Origin: an uncultured Gammaproteobacteria bacterium | GTDB lineage: Bacteria; Patescibacteriota; Microgenomatia; 2-02-FULL-39-11 | Length of the DNA stretch: 64,000 bases | Assembly (NCBI GenBank): GCA_964354025.1 | Contig: CAYGXQ010000003.1 | Location: 16,888-80,887, forward strand | Direction: 5' to 3' | In this document: piece after piece, positions 1 through 8,019 of the stretch | Layout: each line of letters starts with the position of its first letter | How positions within the stretch are numbered: position 1 is the stretch's first letter | Translations under genes and position numbers: made by a program | Notes under the pieces: generated by a model | The model's database searches: none | What the model was told of the DNA's origin: nothing | What the model saw: the letters and a program-made list of their open reading frames with translations, nothing else

Positions 1-2
1 TA

Positions 3-1157
3 CAGATAAAAGACCAAACAGTGATAAACGCCCTACCCGACCGGCCGGCAGAACAGTTGCCAACCGCAAAAGTGGAGACTCATGCCGTTTCTCCAACGAA
101 TATGGAAATAATTTCTTTAGGCAACCGTTTCTGGAAACGGGAGAATTTGCAAAGCAAAAATTGGGTTGTCGGAACACTGGCGGAGTATTTTGCCGACGGA
201 AAAATCGTTTCCACAAACGGAATTAAAAGCAAAGGCGACAATTTAATCAAAAGCGAAGAGGGTACCGTCGACCAATTACCGTTTGAAAAATGGGAAATCC
301 ATCTTTTTAAACCCACCGGAGAGGAAATCATTGTCAGCGGCGGCAAATATTACTTAAGTAAAAATCCTGTGGATAAACAGTGGCAGATGGGCGAATTAAA
401 AGCTCTTCTTCCCGATTTACCGGTAGTTACTCAACCCCAAACAAGTGTTCAACCGGAAACAGAAAACAGCGGTTTTGCTAAATTGGTGGAAAGACTGATG
501 GAAGAACTGCGCAAGTTTTTCCGTCCGGAACTTCTTAACCGTTTTGACGAAATCGTCGTATTCAAACCGCTTAGCCGCAAACACTTAAGCGCCATCGTCG
601 ACCTTCAGATGAAAAGCCTGACCAAAATGATAAATGAACAAGGGATTGGAGCCAAAATTTCCGAACCGGCCAGGGAATTTATCGGCGAAACCGGTTATGA
701 TCCGGTTTTTGGCGCCCGGCCGCTCAGACGAACAATTCAAAGGCTGGTGGAAAATCCGATTTCTTCATTGCTGATTAAAGGAGAGGTAAAAGAAGGCGAC
801 TCGATCTTGGTGGATTTTGACGGGAATGAACTGTCTTTTAAAATAGAAAAAATGGAGAAGAAAAAACCGGAAGAACCGGTTGTTGTTTCTCAGACGGCGG
901 TTAAACCGGGAGAGGTGAAAGCCACTGATAGTAAAGCGGCAGAGGTGAAGACACCCGGAGAATTGCCGCAGAAGCCGGTTGTGCCGGGACAAATACCGGC
1001 GCCGGTGGCGCCAGCAGGTACAGATAAAACCGTTCTTCCGCCGGATGGAGAAAAATCGAAAACCGTGAACCCTCTTGAGGATTACTTCTCTACTCCCCCG
1101 CCGGCGCCAACCAATATGAAACCAAATATTCCTCCGACAACTGCCGCTTCAGTTTAA
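3..1157 (+). CDS. Clp/Hsp100 ATPase (ClpB/ClpC-type), C-terminal part; 5' end lies outside the window
   Basis: Frame open from nt 3. Contains FRPELLNRFDEIVVFKPL and GYDPVFGARPLRRTIQ (D2 sensor/small domain), a Pro-rich tail, and an unusual repeat-containing insertion before the FRPE motif. Confidence 0.85.
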   Translation, partial: QIKDQTVINALPDRPAEQLPTAKVETHAVSPTNMEIISLGNRFWKRENLQSKNWVVGTLAEYFADGKIVSTNGIKSKGDNLIKSEEGTVDQLPFEKWEIHLFKPTGEEIIVSGGKYYLSKNPVDKQWQMGELKALLPDLPVVTQPQTSVQPETENSGFAKLVERLMEELRKFFRPELLNRFDEIVVFKPLSRKHLSAIVDLQMKSLTKMINEQGIGAKISEPAREFIGETGYDPVFGARPLRRTIQRLVENPISSLLIKGEVKEGDSILVDFDGNELSFKIEKMEKKKPEEPVVVSQTAVKPGEVKATDSKAAEVKTPGELPQKPVVPGQIPAPVAPAGTDKTVLPPDGEKSKTVNPLEDYFSTPPPAPTNMKPNIPPTTAASV

Positions 1158-1179
1158 TTCTTCCATTTAACGCCCCCTA

Positions 1180-1204
1180 TCCCCCTCTTAGTCTAAGAGG
1201 GGGA
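1180..1204. terminator. Palindromic hairpin between convergent genes
   Basis: TCCCCCTCTTA-GTC-TAAGAGGGGGA perfect inverted repeat. Confidence 0.6.
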
Positions 1205-1213
1205 ATTAACAGC

Positions 1214-1308
1214 GTCATTCCGACCGATTCCATGGTAGTGGATGAGTGGAGGAATCTTCTAACCTGGGAAGATCCCTCGGATCCGCCAGCTGGCGGACTC
1301 GGGATGAC
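1214..1308. repeat. REP/RPE-like palindromic element with nested TCCGCCAGCTGGCGGA hairpin
   Basis: GTCATTCCGA...GAGGAATCT...AGATCCCTC...TCGGGATGAC; the ends are complementary. Confidence 0.7.
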
Positions 1309-1316
1309 ATAGGAAG

Positions 1317-2042
1317 TTAACGGAGGGTAATTTTCTTTTTCAACAGCTTTTGCCAAAGGGAGAGATTGGCGGTGACAAAGAGAAGGACCAGAAAATCGGT
1401 TACTCCGGCAATTATCAGATACAGATTAAGATCGGAAAAAACCACGGTAATCTGCATGGTTAGCTTTTCATCAAAAAAGACCCGGACGCCGATAAAGTAC
1501 AAAGAGATTAAAACAAGAAGAATGATCGGCCCGATAAAAATCAAACTTTGCAGATCCTGACGGCTGGAAAACATGGTGATTGAGATCACAAAGAATAAGA
1601 AGAAACAAAGAGTATTAAGTATTAAGTATTGGGTATTAAGTATATTTGATAAATCAGGTAATAATAGTTTTCCGATTACATATATTAATATCAGGCCAAC
1701 AAACATCGGTGCCAAGCCAATGAGGGTTTGGCGGAAGGGGTCAGTTTCCACGATTTCCAACTTTCCGGCTTTCACCTGTTTGCTTTTACCGTCATTGATT
1801 GATTCAATTTCCGGCATGACTGATAATTCTCCGGTGGGCACCCGTAGTATGGTGGCCGCCAGAAAATGAGCCACTTCATGGATAATTGTTCCCAGAAGAA
1901 GAATGACGGCTAAAATCCTCATGGAAAAACCTTCACTGCTAGTCAGAAGAAATAAAAAGGCATAAAACCTAGCGGTAACCAGCCGGGAAAGGAAATAGAT
2001 GATCAGGAGAAGAAAAAGAAGAAGCAGAAATTGAAGCAGCAT
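1317..2042 (-). CDS. Membrane protein, M50-like zinc metallopeptidase
   Basis: Multiple TM segments, HEVAH (HExxH), IGLAP, and MFSSRQD. Confidence 0.65.
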   Translation of the reverse strand: MLLQFLLLLFLLLIIYFLSRLVTARFYAFLFLLTSSEGFSMRILAVILLLGTIIHEVAHFLAATILRVPTGELSVMPEIESINDGKSKQVKAGKLEIVETDPFRQTLIGLAPMFVGLILIYVIGKLLLPDLSNILNTQYLILNTLCFFLFFVISITMFSSRQDLQSLIFIGPIILLVLISLYFIGVRVFFDEKLTMQITVVFSDLNLYLIIAGVTDFLVLLFVTANLSLWQKLLKKKITLR

Positions 2043-2094
2043 GAGTAATTTATTTTTAGTCTATCAGATGGAAAAACCGAAGTCAAAAAAGGAG

Positions 2095-3660
2095 TTAACC
2101 ACCTTCTCCTTGTTGAGAAGCAGTAGCGGTAGATTCTTTATCCCATTGTTGGAAAAGCTGCAGCAGTAAAGCAAGCATACTTATTCCAATCATCGCTTTA
2201 TCTCCCCAATTTCTATTTTTGTGGAAAAGCAGAAGCTCATCTACTCGTTTTATCATTGTTCCTTTGTCAAGTTTATTCGGACGAGCTTGATATTGATCTA
2301 ATTTCACCATCTCGTCAACAATTTTATCCGGTGCAGGTATGAATTCTTTTAAAACTCGGCCGATGCCCGGTAAATTTTCCGGAGTACCGATTGCATTGAC
2401 AATTTGTTCTACCTGTAATCTGTTGATCACCGCATCTTTCCAGAATTGAGCGCTAATATTTGGCAATTCTGGAGCAAAAAGATTTACAAAAGCAGAAAGC
2501 TCTATTATTGGTTCTCTTGGAAGAGAAAATACAGCACCATATAATTTTCGGAGTTCTATTAATTTCTCTTTATTTTTTGTCGGGTCTAGTTTCAATCGCG
2601 TTTCGAGAATTCGTAAGGCTCCTTCAACAACCGGTCTGGTATACGGTTGATCAGCGGGGAAATATTTCGCTAAAGTAATAACGGTAAATGATTGCTTATC
2701 AAAAGAGGCATATTCTGGATCAGAAACTATATTCTCACACTCTTTAAGCAGGAATTCCTGAATTTTTTGGATAGTTTCTTTTTTTATTACTCCGTCTTCT
2801 TTGTAAACAAAACCATTGGCGTCAAAAACATCCCTTTCTTTTGCTTTTATTTCTTCAGCACCAGGCAGATAATCCACCAAGGCGCCAAATAATCTTTTCG
2901 CCTTTACCGCTCTTTGTGGTTGATTTTGATCTTCTCCAAGTCGCTCCAATCCTCCCAGAATTGGACCCACGCTATTGCGGACATAGATGGTTGTTCCAGT
3001 TCCATTTCCGTTTCCATCAAGCAAAACATAAGACTCGTCATCGGGATTATACCGGTAATGTTTATTTCTGATGCTCTCAACATCGTCGCGATGTTCCAAC
3101 ATTAGATACATTTCTACCTCTGCTTCTTGGCCAGGTTGTATTGGTTGTGGTGAAAGTTTTTTCCATTCTGTAAGTCTTTCTTTAATTTCTGTTTGAGCAG
3201 CTTCCAGTTTTTTATCCAATTCCCGCCTTTCTTTGGCAGCAGTGTTGATTTGCTTTCGTCTTTTAATTTCTTTGGCAAACAATTCATTATCATCAGTTTT
3301 TAAATAGTTAATAACAGAATCTCTATCTTCTTTCCAAAAACCGGCTTCACTGGCTAGCATGACGACGTGAACAGCGCCGTGAGGATCATCACCGAAAAGG
3401 GTCTCTATTTCTGTCCGGGTGAGAGTTCTACCTTCGATATTTAAGACATGTAAAACCGCCGGACCAAATTCATTGTCGTGAGACCTGTCAGGTTTTGGTT
3501 TAGGTTCAGGCGGAGGCGGTGGAGGTAGAGCTGCTGGCGCAGCCTCAGGAGGCGGTGGAGATGTGTCAATTGGAGGTGGATTTCCTCCTCCCACTGGTTC
3601 TCCTTCTGGACTTGTACTAACTGGTTGAGTGGGTTGTGTTGGTTGAGCAGTACTAGACAT
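2095..3660 (-). CDS. Hypothetical protein with Pro-rich N-terminus and C-terminal hydrophobic segment
   Basis: 521-aa ORF, no recognised motif. Confidence 0.75.
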   Translation of the reverse strand: MSSTAQPTQPTQPVSTSPEGEPVGGGNPPPIDTSPPPPEAAPAALPPPPPPEPKPKPDRSHDNEFGPAVLHVLNIEGRTLTRTEIETLFGDDPHGAVHVVMLASEAGFWKEDRDSVINYLKTDDNELFAKEIKRRKQINTAAKERRELDKKLEAAQTEIKERLTEWKKLSPQPIQPGQEAEVEMYLMLEHRDDVESIRNKHYRYNPDDESYVLLDGNGNGTGTTIYVRNSVGPILGGLERLGEDQNQPQRAVKAKRLFGALVDYLPGAEEIKAKERDVFDANGFVYKEDGVIKKETIQKIQEFLLKECENIVSDPEYASFDKQSFTVITLAKYFPADQPYTRPVVEGALRILETRLKLDPTKNKEKLIELRKLYGAVFSLPREPIIELSAFVNLFAPELPNISAQFWKDAVINRLQVEQIVNAIGTPENLPGIGRVLKEFIPAPDKIVDEMVKLDQYQARPNKLDKGTMIKRVDELLLFHKNRNWGDKAMIGISMLALLLQLFQQWDKESTATASQQGEGG

Positions 3661-3750
3661 ACAGTAAATTTATCATACTATCCCCTATTTTTATTTTCCA
3701 GTTGCAAATTTTCATTACCTTATATAGTATGGAATTAAGGATAAATTTTT

Positions 3751-6132
3751 ATGGCACCTCAACCAGCACCACCAGCAGTAGTTACCAACAAACCTAAAGA
3801 AGGAGAGGTGGCTACTACATCTACACCGGAAGTAAAACCGACGCTATCAATAAAATATACGGAACTAAAGAAGATAGAAATACCTACCCTGGAACCTCCG
3901 AAACCCGTAGTGCTTGATGAGGACTGTATAAATACCCTTAAAAGTACCCTAGTCTATCACTTTCAGATATTAGAGCAGACAGCCGCTGGGTCACGGCCTG
4001 CTGCCGATACCTTACGCGGACAATTTTATGAACTGTTCAAAAGTGCCGTATTAAAGAAATACGGAAAAGTCGATTCAGAAAAACTGGAAGATTTATATAC
4101 CGTTGCTGAAGAGTTTATAAAAACAGGAGAAAGAGAAGGAGAAGGAAAAGGCGCGGCGATCAGATTAGCCTTAAAACTGGATGAATGGGAAGAAGCAACG
4201 CTTCAGGCAAAAACAGGGATAATGTTTAAAAATAAAAAAGCCATAAAAGAATGGCAGATTGATAAAATAAAGAGAAAAAGATGTAAAGCAACGAAAGAAG
4301 GCTTCGCAGTTGAAGAATATACTCCCTGGTATTTATCAAAATTTCGAAAAATCTCAAGACCGATCACCGGATATGAATATGAATTTGAAGGAGGGCGTAA
4401 TTTAAGTAACGTACTTCTTACACCCGAACAAACAGAATTTTTGATACAAGCGGGTTTGGATGTAGTCAACTTAACAGATAAACAAAAAGAACAGATTGAA
4501 GTCAGATTCAGTAATATCGCTGATCTAAGAATAAATTTATACTCTCAAACCGGACTTGAACAAAAGGATATCGAGTTGAATTTCATCAAAAAAGATCCAA
4601 CCAATGCAACCGGTAGAAATTATCGTGATAATAAGACAGCGCATTTAATTGGAGAGGTAAGCGCCGGTGGACCGTTGACTAATGTAAGAGAAATAATTGA
4701 GCAGGAGGGCACAGATATTGCACTGGACGTAAAAAAGAAAACAGAAGAGGAACTAGAGAAATTAAAAGCGAAACATGAAGCTGGTAGATTACGCGAAAGA
4801 ACTCATAAGCAGTTGGTTAAAAGAATCGCGGAAATCGATACAGAAGCCAAAGAGGAAATGGATGAGGATGAAAAAGTAAAAAAACAGACAGAACTGCAAA
4901 AAGAAATAGATAGGCTTAAAGAAGAATTGGCATTGTTTGGAAGAAAAAGCGCATTGCCAAATGAAATCGCTGAAGCTGAAAAAGCTCGTGATAAAGCTTC
5001 CGATCTAGTAACAGATCGCCAGACAAAAATAAAAGTTCCGGGTGAAGCATCGGTTGACCTAATTAAATGGGCGGGAGACCTGTCACAAACGGAAAGCTGG
5101 AAATATATCGAGATGCAATGCAAATTGCTTGAAAGACAAATGCAATTATTGAGAGAACAGCTAACAGAAGCTCGCGCTGGATTAAAAGAACACAATACCT
5201 CAAGGCCCCAAAGTGATCTTAGAAATATAATCCAGTATGATCCCAAAACCGGAGTCAAGGTAGCCGATGTTAAACCTGACCCGGTTGACGTAAAAGAAAA
5301 AGAAGAATTTTTAAGGATACAGGCAGAATTAAATAAGGAAATTGATGATTTAAAGAATAAAATCTATAAAGATTCATGGTCTGGAGGAACAAAACCTCTT
5401 GCAGAGTTAATACAAGAATTGACCGACCAGTATTCAAGAAGGAAAGCGGCAGTTGAGGATCCGGAAACCAAACAACTACTTGATGCATATATTGCTTGCG
5501 AAAAAGCAGTTGCAGATAAAACTAAGGAGCAAATAGAGGTCGAAGCTAAAGTTACTGCTTTAGCGGCTACAGCTGATGAAAAAGATGAACTGCAGATAAA
5601 AGCAAAGAAAAAGAAAGTACAGAAAGAAAAGGAGGTTGTTGGTGCTCCATCCGGCAAAGCTAAAACGGAAATGCAGGCCTTAACTGCTTTGGAAAAAATA
5701 TATACAACTCAAGGTGAAACCGATTTAAACAATCGCATAAAAGAAGCAGAGCAGGACTTATTAAAATTTGAGCTCAGTCCTAATTGGGAAAAATTTCCTC
5801 CGGTTATCCAGCGTTGCATTCAATTAATTTATGGAGATGATGTGAGAGAAACTTTCTTGACCGATAAAGATGCTTATGAGCAGGTGATGGCTTTGATGAC
5901 GTCAAAAAAATATTTGGATATATTTATAGACGCAATTGAATCTTCAGGAGCAGTAATTGCTGTTCTCGCTCCAAAAGCATCTGTTAATGCTGATGGGGTA
6001 TATGAACATGTTGATCAAGTGTTTCATGGGGCTACCATAGTGTCGAATACATTTCCTCTAAATATTATTAACGAAGAATTGATTAAAAAAATTGTTGATG
6101 GGTTAAGGAAGAAAGCCTTAAATATACCATGA
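3751..6132 (+). CDS. Hypothetical coiled-coil protein
   Basis: 793-aa E/K-rich ORF divergent from the previous gene. Confidence 0.8.
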   Translation: MAPQPAPPAVVTNKPKEGEVATTSTPEVKPTLSIKYTELKKIEIPTLEPPKPVVLDEDCINTLKSTLVYHFQILEQTAAGSRPAADTLRGQFYELFKSAVLKKYGKVDSEKLEDLYTVAEEFIKTGEREGEGKGAAIRLALKLDEWEEATLQAKTGIMFKNKKAIKEWQIDKIKRKRCKATKEGFAVEEYTPWYLSKFRKISRPITGYEYEFEGGRNLSNVLLTPEQTEFLIQAGLDVVNLTDKQKEQIEVRFSNIADLRINLYSQTGLEQKDIELNFIKKDPTNATGRNYRDNKTAHLIGEVSAGGPLTNVREIIEQEGTDIALDVKKKTEEELEKLKAKHEAGRLRERTHKQLVKRIAEIDTEAKEEMDEDEKVKKQTELQKEIDRLKEELALFGRKSALPNEIAEAEKARDKASDLVTDRQTKIKVPGEASVDLIKWAGDLSQTESWKYIEMQCKLLERQMQLLREQLTEARAGLKEHNTSRPQSDLRNIIQYDPKTGVKVADVKPDPVDVKEKEEFLRIQAELNKEIDDLKNKIYKDSWSGGTKPLAELIQELTDQYSRRKAAVEDPETKQLLDAYIACEKAVADKTKEQIEVEAKVTALAATADEKDELQIKAKKKKVQKEKEVVGAPSGKAKTEMQALTALEKIYTTQGETDLNNRIKEAEQDLLKFELSPNWEKFPPVIQRCIQLIYGDDVRETFLTDKDAYEQVMALMTSKKYLDIFIDAIESSGAVIAVLAPKASVNADGVYEHVDQVFHGATIVSNTFPLNIINEELIKKIVDGLRKKALNIP

Positions 6133-6509
6133 AAAAATATACGATTTCAGATTTAGCAACTGTATTGCAATTAGATAAATCTGTAAAAGAAGATTTACGC
6201 ATAAATTATGAAAACTACAATGAAGATTTAAAGTACGAAATCCAAAAGGTTTTATGGGATGGAGTGCATGAACTGAAAAACAGATTGGCTAAATTGAAAC
6301 ATGAAGAAATGCTTTTGGAAGTGGATGAAGGCAAAAGGGAATTAACCACAGATCTTTACCAGCAGGCGGTAAAAGCCGTCTGGCAGGATTTTGATGATCT
6401 CCTTGCCGGAAAGAAAAATGACATTTCGCAAATAGAGGAAATCCGCTCTAAACTCAAACTGCCGGACTTACCTCTTCCCCATCCGGATGACCGACGGGTT
6501 ACTCAGTAA
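6129..6509 (+). CDS. Hypothetical protein
   Basis: 126-aa ORF with ATGA overlap to the upstream gene. Confidence 0.75.
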   Translation: MKKYTISDLATVLQLDKSVKEDLRINYENYNEDLKYEIQKVLWDGVHELKNRLAKLKHEEMLLEVDEGKRELTTDLYQQAVKAVWQDFDDLLAGKKNDISQIEEIRSKLKLPDLPLPHPDDRRVTQ

Positions 6510-6516
6510 ATCTCCC

Positions 6517-6543
6517 ATTAATTTCATGGAACATAGTTTTCGG
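6517..6543. repeat. 27-bp direct repeat, left copy
   Basis: ATTAATTTCATGGAACATAGTTTTCGG; 26/27 identical to 7446-7472. Confidence 0.85.
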
Positions 6544-6663
6544 AAGATTTTATTTTATCTTGACCACTTTTTTGAATGATTCAACGAATCACTTTCCGCT
6601 AGATTTTTGATTATTTAATCCGGCCGTTTGCAGTTTACCTTTCTCGTGATAAAATATCAGTAT

Positions 6664-7005
6664 ATGACCATAAAATATTTGGCCGATAAATTTAAGATTC
6701 CCAAGTCTGATTTGGAAAATGAAGCTTCTGAAATCCTTCTTCTTTCTGAAATACGAAGAATTGAAGGAGAAATATATTCCATTACAGAAAAACATGGAGT
6801 AAAGACACTTTCTCAAATGGATAAAATGATCAAAAGCGGTAAATTAACGGAAAAACAAATCGGCGAAGATTTTTTTAAGCTTGATTATTTAATAGAGAAA
6901 AAGAAAGAAGTAGAAGGTTTGTTAAAAGACTATAAGGAGAAATTCAATCCATGGATCGTTATGAACAATTTCAAAGGATTGCTGAAGTTGAATTTAGGAC
7001 GATAA
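6664..7005 (+). CDS. Putative antitoxin-like partner of the DUF6516 protein
   Basis: Small helical protein (KHGVKTLSQMDKMIKSG) overlapping the next gene; ATG at 6664. Confidence 0.55.
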   Translation: MTIKYLADKFKIPKSDLENEASEILLLSEIRRIEGEIYSITEKHGVKTLSQMDKMIKSGKLTEKQIGEDFFKLDYLIEKKKEVEGLLKDYKEKFNPWIVMNNFKGLLKLNLGR

Positions 7006-7328
7006 TTTCCGGTACGGATAACTTCGGACACAAATTACGAATTTATTTCATCGATAAAAGTTTTCTCGATGTATTTGTTTCCACCCAATGCAAGTTTCAG
7101 TTATTTTCATTTCATTGGGAAAGAAGACATTTGGAAAAGGGATTTTTCAGGCTTGATAATACTCCTGATCCAAAATGGAAAAAAATAAGTTCTTTCCCAA
7201 TCCATTTTCATAGAAGATCATATGACAATGTAGTAAATTCACCGTTTAGTAAGAATGATAATATCGAGGATTTATTCCGTGAATTTATGAAGCTTATACA
7301 AGAGAAAACTGGAAATAAAGAAGGATAA
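6951..7328 (+). CDS. DUF6516/TumE-like toxin-antitoxin family protein
   Basis: KLRIYFIDKSFLDV, FSFHW, RLDNTP and SSFPIHFH motifs. Confidence 0.65.
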   Translation: MDRYEQFQRIAEVEFRTIISGTDNFGHKLRIYFIDKSFLDVFVSTQCKFQLFSFHWERRHLEKGFFRLDNTPDPKWKKISSFPIHFHRRSYDNVVNSPFSKNDNIEDLFREFMKLIQEKTGNKEG

Positions 7329-7331
7329 ATT

Positions 7332-7421
7332 ATGCAGGTAAATATATTTTTAGTAATTACGGCAGTGATCTTGATGTCTATTGCCGGTTATCTCATTTTC
7401 TTCCGTTTAGGAAAAAAGTAA
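7332..7421 (+). CDS. Small single-TM peptide (29 aa; not in the ORF track)
   Basis: MQVNIFLVITAVILMSIAGYLIFFRLGKK*, starting 3 nt after the previous stop, with AAGGA upstream. Confidence 0.5.
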   Translation: MQVNIFLVITAVILMSIAGYLIFFRLGKK

Positions 7422-7445
7422 GTCTGCAAATACTTGTACTCCTCT

Positions 7446-7472
7446 ATTAATTTCATGGAACATCGTTTTCGG
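7446..7472. repeat. 27-bp direct repeat, right copy
   Basis: ATTAATTTCATGGAACATCGTTTTCGG. Confidence 0.85.
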
Positions 7473-7573
7473 CTAAGTCTACTGAATTAAAATTCCGTGC
7501 CCAAATATTACCGTAAATAAATTAACAAACTGCTCCTTTCGGAAAATGTTATGATAAATGTTAATATTATTAT

Positions 7574-8005
7574 ATGAATAAATTAATTATTTTTACTGAC
7601 GGAGGGGCCAGAGGCAACCCGGGTCCGGCGGGGATCGGTGTAATAGTAAAAACCGAAACAGGAGAAATAGTTCAAAAAATTTCTCAAAGAATCGGAGAAA
7701 CGACCAATAACGTTGCCGAGTACACGGCAGTGGTAAAAGCGCTGGAGTGGATGAAAAATAATACTACGTACTCGCCTCATGGTGTCGCGTCTACGGGGCA
7801 AGTTTTCCAATTTTATTTAGACTCGACGTTAGTTGTTAATCAGTTGAACGGTTTGTTTAAGGTGAAGGATGCCAAGCTAAGGGAACTGCTTTTACAAGTC
7901 CGGATGCTGGAACAGGAAGTCGGCGGAAAAATCTATTACTCCGCCATCCCCCGCGAAAAAAATATGGAAGCGGACGCGTTAGTTAACGAAGCACTCGACA
8001 GTTAA
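7574..8005 (+). CDS. rnhA: Ribonuclease HI family
   Basis: FTDGGARGNPGPAG, TNNVAEY, DSTLVVNQ and NMEADAL catalytic motifs. Confidence 0.92.
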   Translation: MNKLIIFTDGGARGNPGPAGIGVIVKTETGEIVQKISQRIGETTNNVAEYTAVVKALEWMKNNTTYSPHGVASTGQVFQFYLDSTLVVNQLNGLFKVKDAKLRELLLQVRMLEQEVGGKIYYSAIPREKNMEADALVNEALDS

Positions 8006-8019
8006 AATATAATTAATTT

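Noticed and set aside
3-470. Intein in the Clp ATPase
   Set aside because: No His-Asn/Cys-Ser-Thr junction or LAGLIDADG motif before the resumed Clp sequence.
7530-7560. E. coli-type dif site (TTATGATAAAT)
   Set aside because: Only the XerD-like half matches; it is better explained as the TG-extended -10 of rnhA.
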